Shown here: positions 61,845 through 64,000 of the stretch, piece after piece
Layout of the letters: every line of letters begins with the position of its first letter
Numbering within the stretch: the stretch's first letter is position 1
NCBI GenBank assembly: GCA_036004805.1
Contig: DASYRB010000026.1
Coordinates: 4,938-68,937, forward strand
Direction: 5' to 3'
DNA from: Candidatus Norongarragalinales archaeon
Lineage (GTDB): Archaea; Micrarchaeota; Micrarchaeia; Norongarragalinales; DASYRB01
DNA length: 64,000 bases
The notes under the pieces: generated by a model
Told to the model about the DNA's origin: nothing
Seen by the model: only the letters and a program-made list of their open reading frames with translations
Database searches by the model: none
Program-made: the position numbers and the translations under genes

Positions 61845-64000
61845 TTAGTCCTTCGAGAAGCGCGCCTTAACTCCCTTGCTTTCTAATTCTGCCGAAGCTT
61901 CAAAATCTCCCTTCAATGGTGCGATTCTTGCCAAGGAGGCGCCGACTTCTTGTTCGAGCTCTTTCAACTTCTTCTCGAACAAGCCGCGGTCAGCCTTTAC
62001 CATTTCGAGAGTTAGGGTTATTTTGTCGTGAACGTTGAGACCGTTCTTCTTGCGTGATTCTTGCACGGCGCGCACGAGCTCGCGGAACAACGCGACGTTC
62101 ATCATTTCCTCATCCAGCTTGCGAGGCACCAACACTACGCCTCCATCGAGTTCTTTCTTCAGCCAGTCGCCAGGAATTTTCTGCTTCGAAGGCACGAACT
62201 CGACACTCTCGCAATTCAGCGAGCGCTGCAGCACCGACTGCAAGTCTTTTACGACGGGCGCGAACTGTTCTCCCGTAATGAGCACTTTCTTCAAAGGCCA
62301 TCGCAGTTTCAAGTTCGCTTCCTGCCTCGCGCTGCCGACCGCTTCCGTCAACGCGCGGGCGAGCTTCATTTCTTGTTCTAGCTTTTCTTTCATCCGCTTC
62401 TTTTCCGGCTCGGGCCATGTTTCGAAATGCACGCTCTCCTCATCTTTCGCGCTGCGCATTTTTTGGAAAACGTATTCGCTCATGAACGGCGTGACCGGCG
62501 CGAGCATTTTCAGTATCTCGAAAAGCGCGTGACGCATCGTCGCGAGCACCGCTTTCTTGCTCGACGCATCTCCCGAGAGAGAAGCGCGGTCGCGGATGAG
62601 CTTGATGTACCATCTCGAAAAGTCGTCGGTCACGAACTCGAGCATCTCACGTCCGGCCATGTGGAACTCGAAGTTTTCCAGGTGCGCGGTCGCGCTTTGT
62701 TTGACGTGCTGAAGGCGAGAAAGCAGCCACTCGTCCTCGACCTCGAGCTTGACTTTCGATAGTTCGGGAGCGGTTTCTTTGTACGTCTGGTAGAACGCGA
62801 ATGTGTTGTAAAGGATCGTGAGCGCGCGCTGCACTTCCTGCGCCGTCTTGAAACTGAATTTTTGTACTTCCCAAGGCGCGACTTCCCAACAGTAATACGC
62901 GCGAACCGCGTCGGCGCTCGCTGAATCGATGGATTGGTCGGCGTCGACGATGTTGCCGAGGCTCTTGCTCATTTTTTCTCCCTTCTCGTCCAACACCCAG
63001 CCCATGAGCGACACGGCTTTGTATGAAGAGTGTCCGAACGCGCCCACGCCGCAAAGCAGTAGGGAGTCGAACCAGCCTCGCACTTGGTCTTGCGACTCGC
63101 AAATCATGTCGCAGGGCTTCATTTCTTCGAACAATTCCTTGTTAGTATTTGGATAGCCCATGCTGGCCCAGGGCGCGATGCCGCTGTCGAACCATACGGT
63201 GAAAATGTGTGGCACGCGCTTCATCGCGCTGTCGCACTTGCTGCATTTGAGCTCGATCTTGTCGACCGTGTGCCTGTGCAGGTCTTGCAGTGACTTTTCG
63301 TCGAGTTTTTTGATCGATTTTTCTTTGAGTTCTTTGCGGCTGCCGATGACGGTCTTGTTGTCGCATTTCGTGCATTCCCATATCGGCATCGGGATTCCCC
63401 AGTAGCGTTGTTGTGACAGTCCCCAGTCTTCACGGTCGGCGATCCAGTTCTGCATCTTTACTTTTCCGAACGAGGGCAGCCATCTCGTTTTCTCGTTCTC
63501 TTCCATCATTTTTTCCTTGATGGGGTCGACTTTCATGAACCACTGTTTCGAAACGCGGAAAATGAGCGGCGTCTTGCATCTCCAACAGACCGCGGCGCGG
63601 TGCACGAACGTGCTCGCGTTCAACACCTTGCCTTCTTTTTCTAATATTTCGAGGACGAGCTTGTTCGCTTCGTCAGTGGATTTGCCTTCGAGTTCGCCGG
63701 CTTCCTGCGTGTAGCGGCCTTTCTCGTTCACGGGCGAGAGAATGGGCATGTTGTAGTGTTTGCCGAAAAAGTTGTCCGTTTGTCCGTGGCCGGGCGCGAC
63801 GTGCACGAGGCCGCTTCCTGCGTCCATCGTGACGAAGTGTTCGTATTCTTCGCTCTCAGCGAGCGATTGTTTCTCGCCGCTAGCGCTGCCCGGTTTTTCA
63901 CTCTCGCTTTTCATGACGTGTTTCTTGTACTTCTTGTTCGTCATGATCACGATGCTTGCGTAGACCTTGTGCGCTTTGCCGTTCTTCGCCGCTTCTTTTT
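61845..64000 (-). CDS. ileS: Isoleucyl-tRNA synthetase (class I), C-terminal about 715 aa. Partial: N-terminus beyond window end.
   Basis: KMSKSLGN motif. DREDWGLSQQRYWGIPMPIW (compare DWCISRQRYWG). GSGLVHVAPGHGQTD. Track start at 63950 is a GTG, and the frame remains open through 64000. Confidence 0.8.
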   Translation of the reverse strand, partial: KEAAKNGKAHKVYASIVIMTNKKYKKHVMKSESEKPGSASGEKQSLAESEEYEHFVTMDAGSGLVHVAPGHGQTDNFFGKHYNMPILSPVNEKGRYTQEAGELEGKSTDEANKLVLEILEKEGKVLNASTFVHRAAVCWRCKTPLIFRVSKQWFMKVDPIKEKMMEENEKTRWLPSFGKVKMQNWIADREDWGLSQQRYWGIPMPIWECTKCDNKTVIGSRKELKEKSIKKLDEKSLQDLHRHTVDKIELKCSKCDSAMKRVPHIFTVWFDSGIAPWASMGYPNTNKELFEEMKPCDMICESQDQVRGWFDSLLLCGVGAFGHSSYKAVSLMGWVLDEKGEKMSKSLGNIVDADQSIDSASADAVRAYYCWEVAPWEVQKFSFKTAQEVQRALTILYNTFAFYQTYKETAPELSKVKLEVEDEWLLSRLQHVKQSATAHLENFEFHMAGREMLEFVTDDFSRWYIKLIRDRASLSGDASSKKAVLATMRHALFEILKMLAPVTPFMSEYVFQKMRSAKDEESVHFETWPEPEKKRMKEKLEQEMKLARALTEAVGSARQEANLKLRWPLKKVLITGEQFAPVVKDLQSVLQRSLNCESVEFVPSKQKIPGDWLKKELDGGVVLVPRKLDEEMMNVALFRELVRAVQESRKKNGLNVHDKITLTLEMVKADRGLFEKKLKELEQEVGASLARIAPLKGDFEASAELESKGVKARFSKD

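Noticed and set aside
1-64000. Mobile elements, prophage, integrases, transposases, CRISPR-Cas, restriction-modification or other recognisable defence genes.
   Set aside because: None found on either strand. No integrase or transposase motifs, no direct repeats flanking any block, no tRNA-adjacent integration signature (the tRNA-Gln locus is followed by rps17e and NUDIX housekeeping genes).

Overview
This is a 64 kb archaeal chromosomal segment of about 55% GC, identified as archaeal from its gene content: archaeal-type triosephosphate isomerase, pyruvoyl SAM decarboxylase, ribosomal protein S17e, an NMD3 homolog and archaeal-type ProRS. I found no rRNA, CRISPR array, integrase or transposase. 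The window mixes housekeeping genes with long accessory stretches.

Housekeeping genes: argS, tpiA, an MtnA/eIF2B-family isomerase, smc, ADP-forming acyl-CoA synthetase subunits, a beta-CASP RNase, proS, partial ileS, htpX, lemA, pcm, hsp20 and a NUDIX hydrolase.

Accessory content: two tandem giant cell-surface paralogs at the left edge (one running off the window); a further island of three giant secreted/adhesin-like proteins (50.5-59.4 kb), two of them parallel-beta-helix glycoproteins, plus a fourth beta-helix protein at 27-29 kb; a glycan-synthesis cluster (three GT4, a processive GT2 with QxxRW, an ACT protein, a membrane thioredoxin-like protein and a DUF2070-like membrane protein); and a run of small uncharacterised genes (18.9-21.5 kb).

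Most unusual observations:
- A tightly coupled four-gene operon in which the acyl-CoA synthetase alpha and beta subunits are separated by two paralogous GNAT acetyltransferases, reminiscent of a split bacterial Pat-type lysine acetyltransferase.
- A tRNA-Gln(UUG) candidate with a roughly 35-nt intron in the D-loop rather than the anticodon loop.
- Two paralogous HEAT-repeat mini-proteins, each joined by an ATGA overlap to an unrelated upstream gene, one of them through an unannotated 46-codon micro-ORF.
- A 747-aa tail-anchored coiled-coil protein divergent from a DipZ-like redoxin.

All coordinates follow the supplied ORF track. Several starts were moved to internal Met codons where the N-terminal extension overlaps a neighbouring gene.
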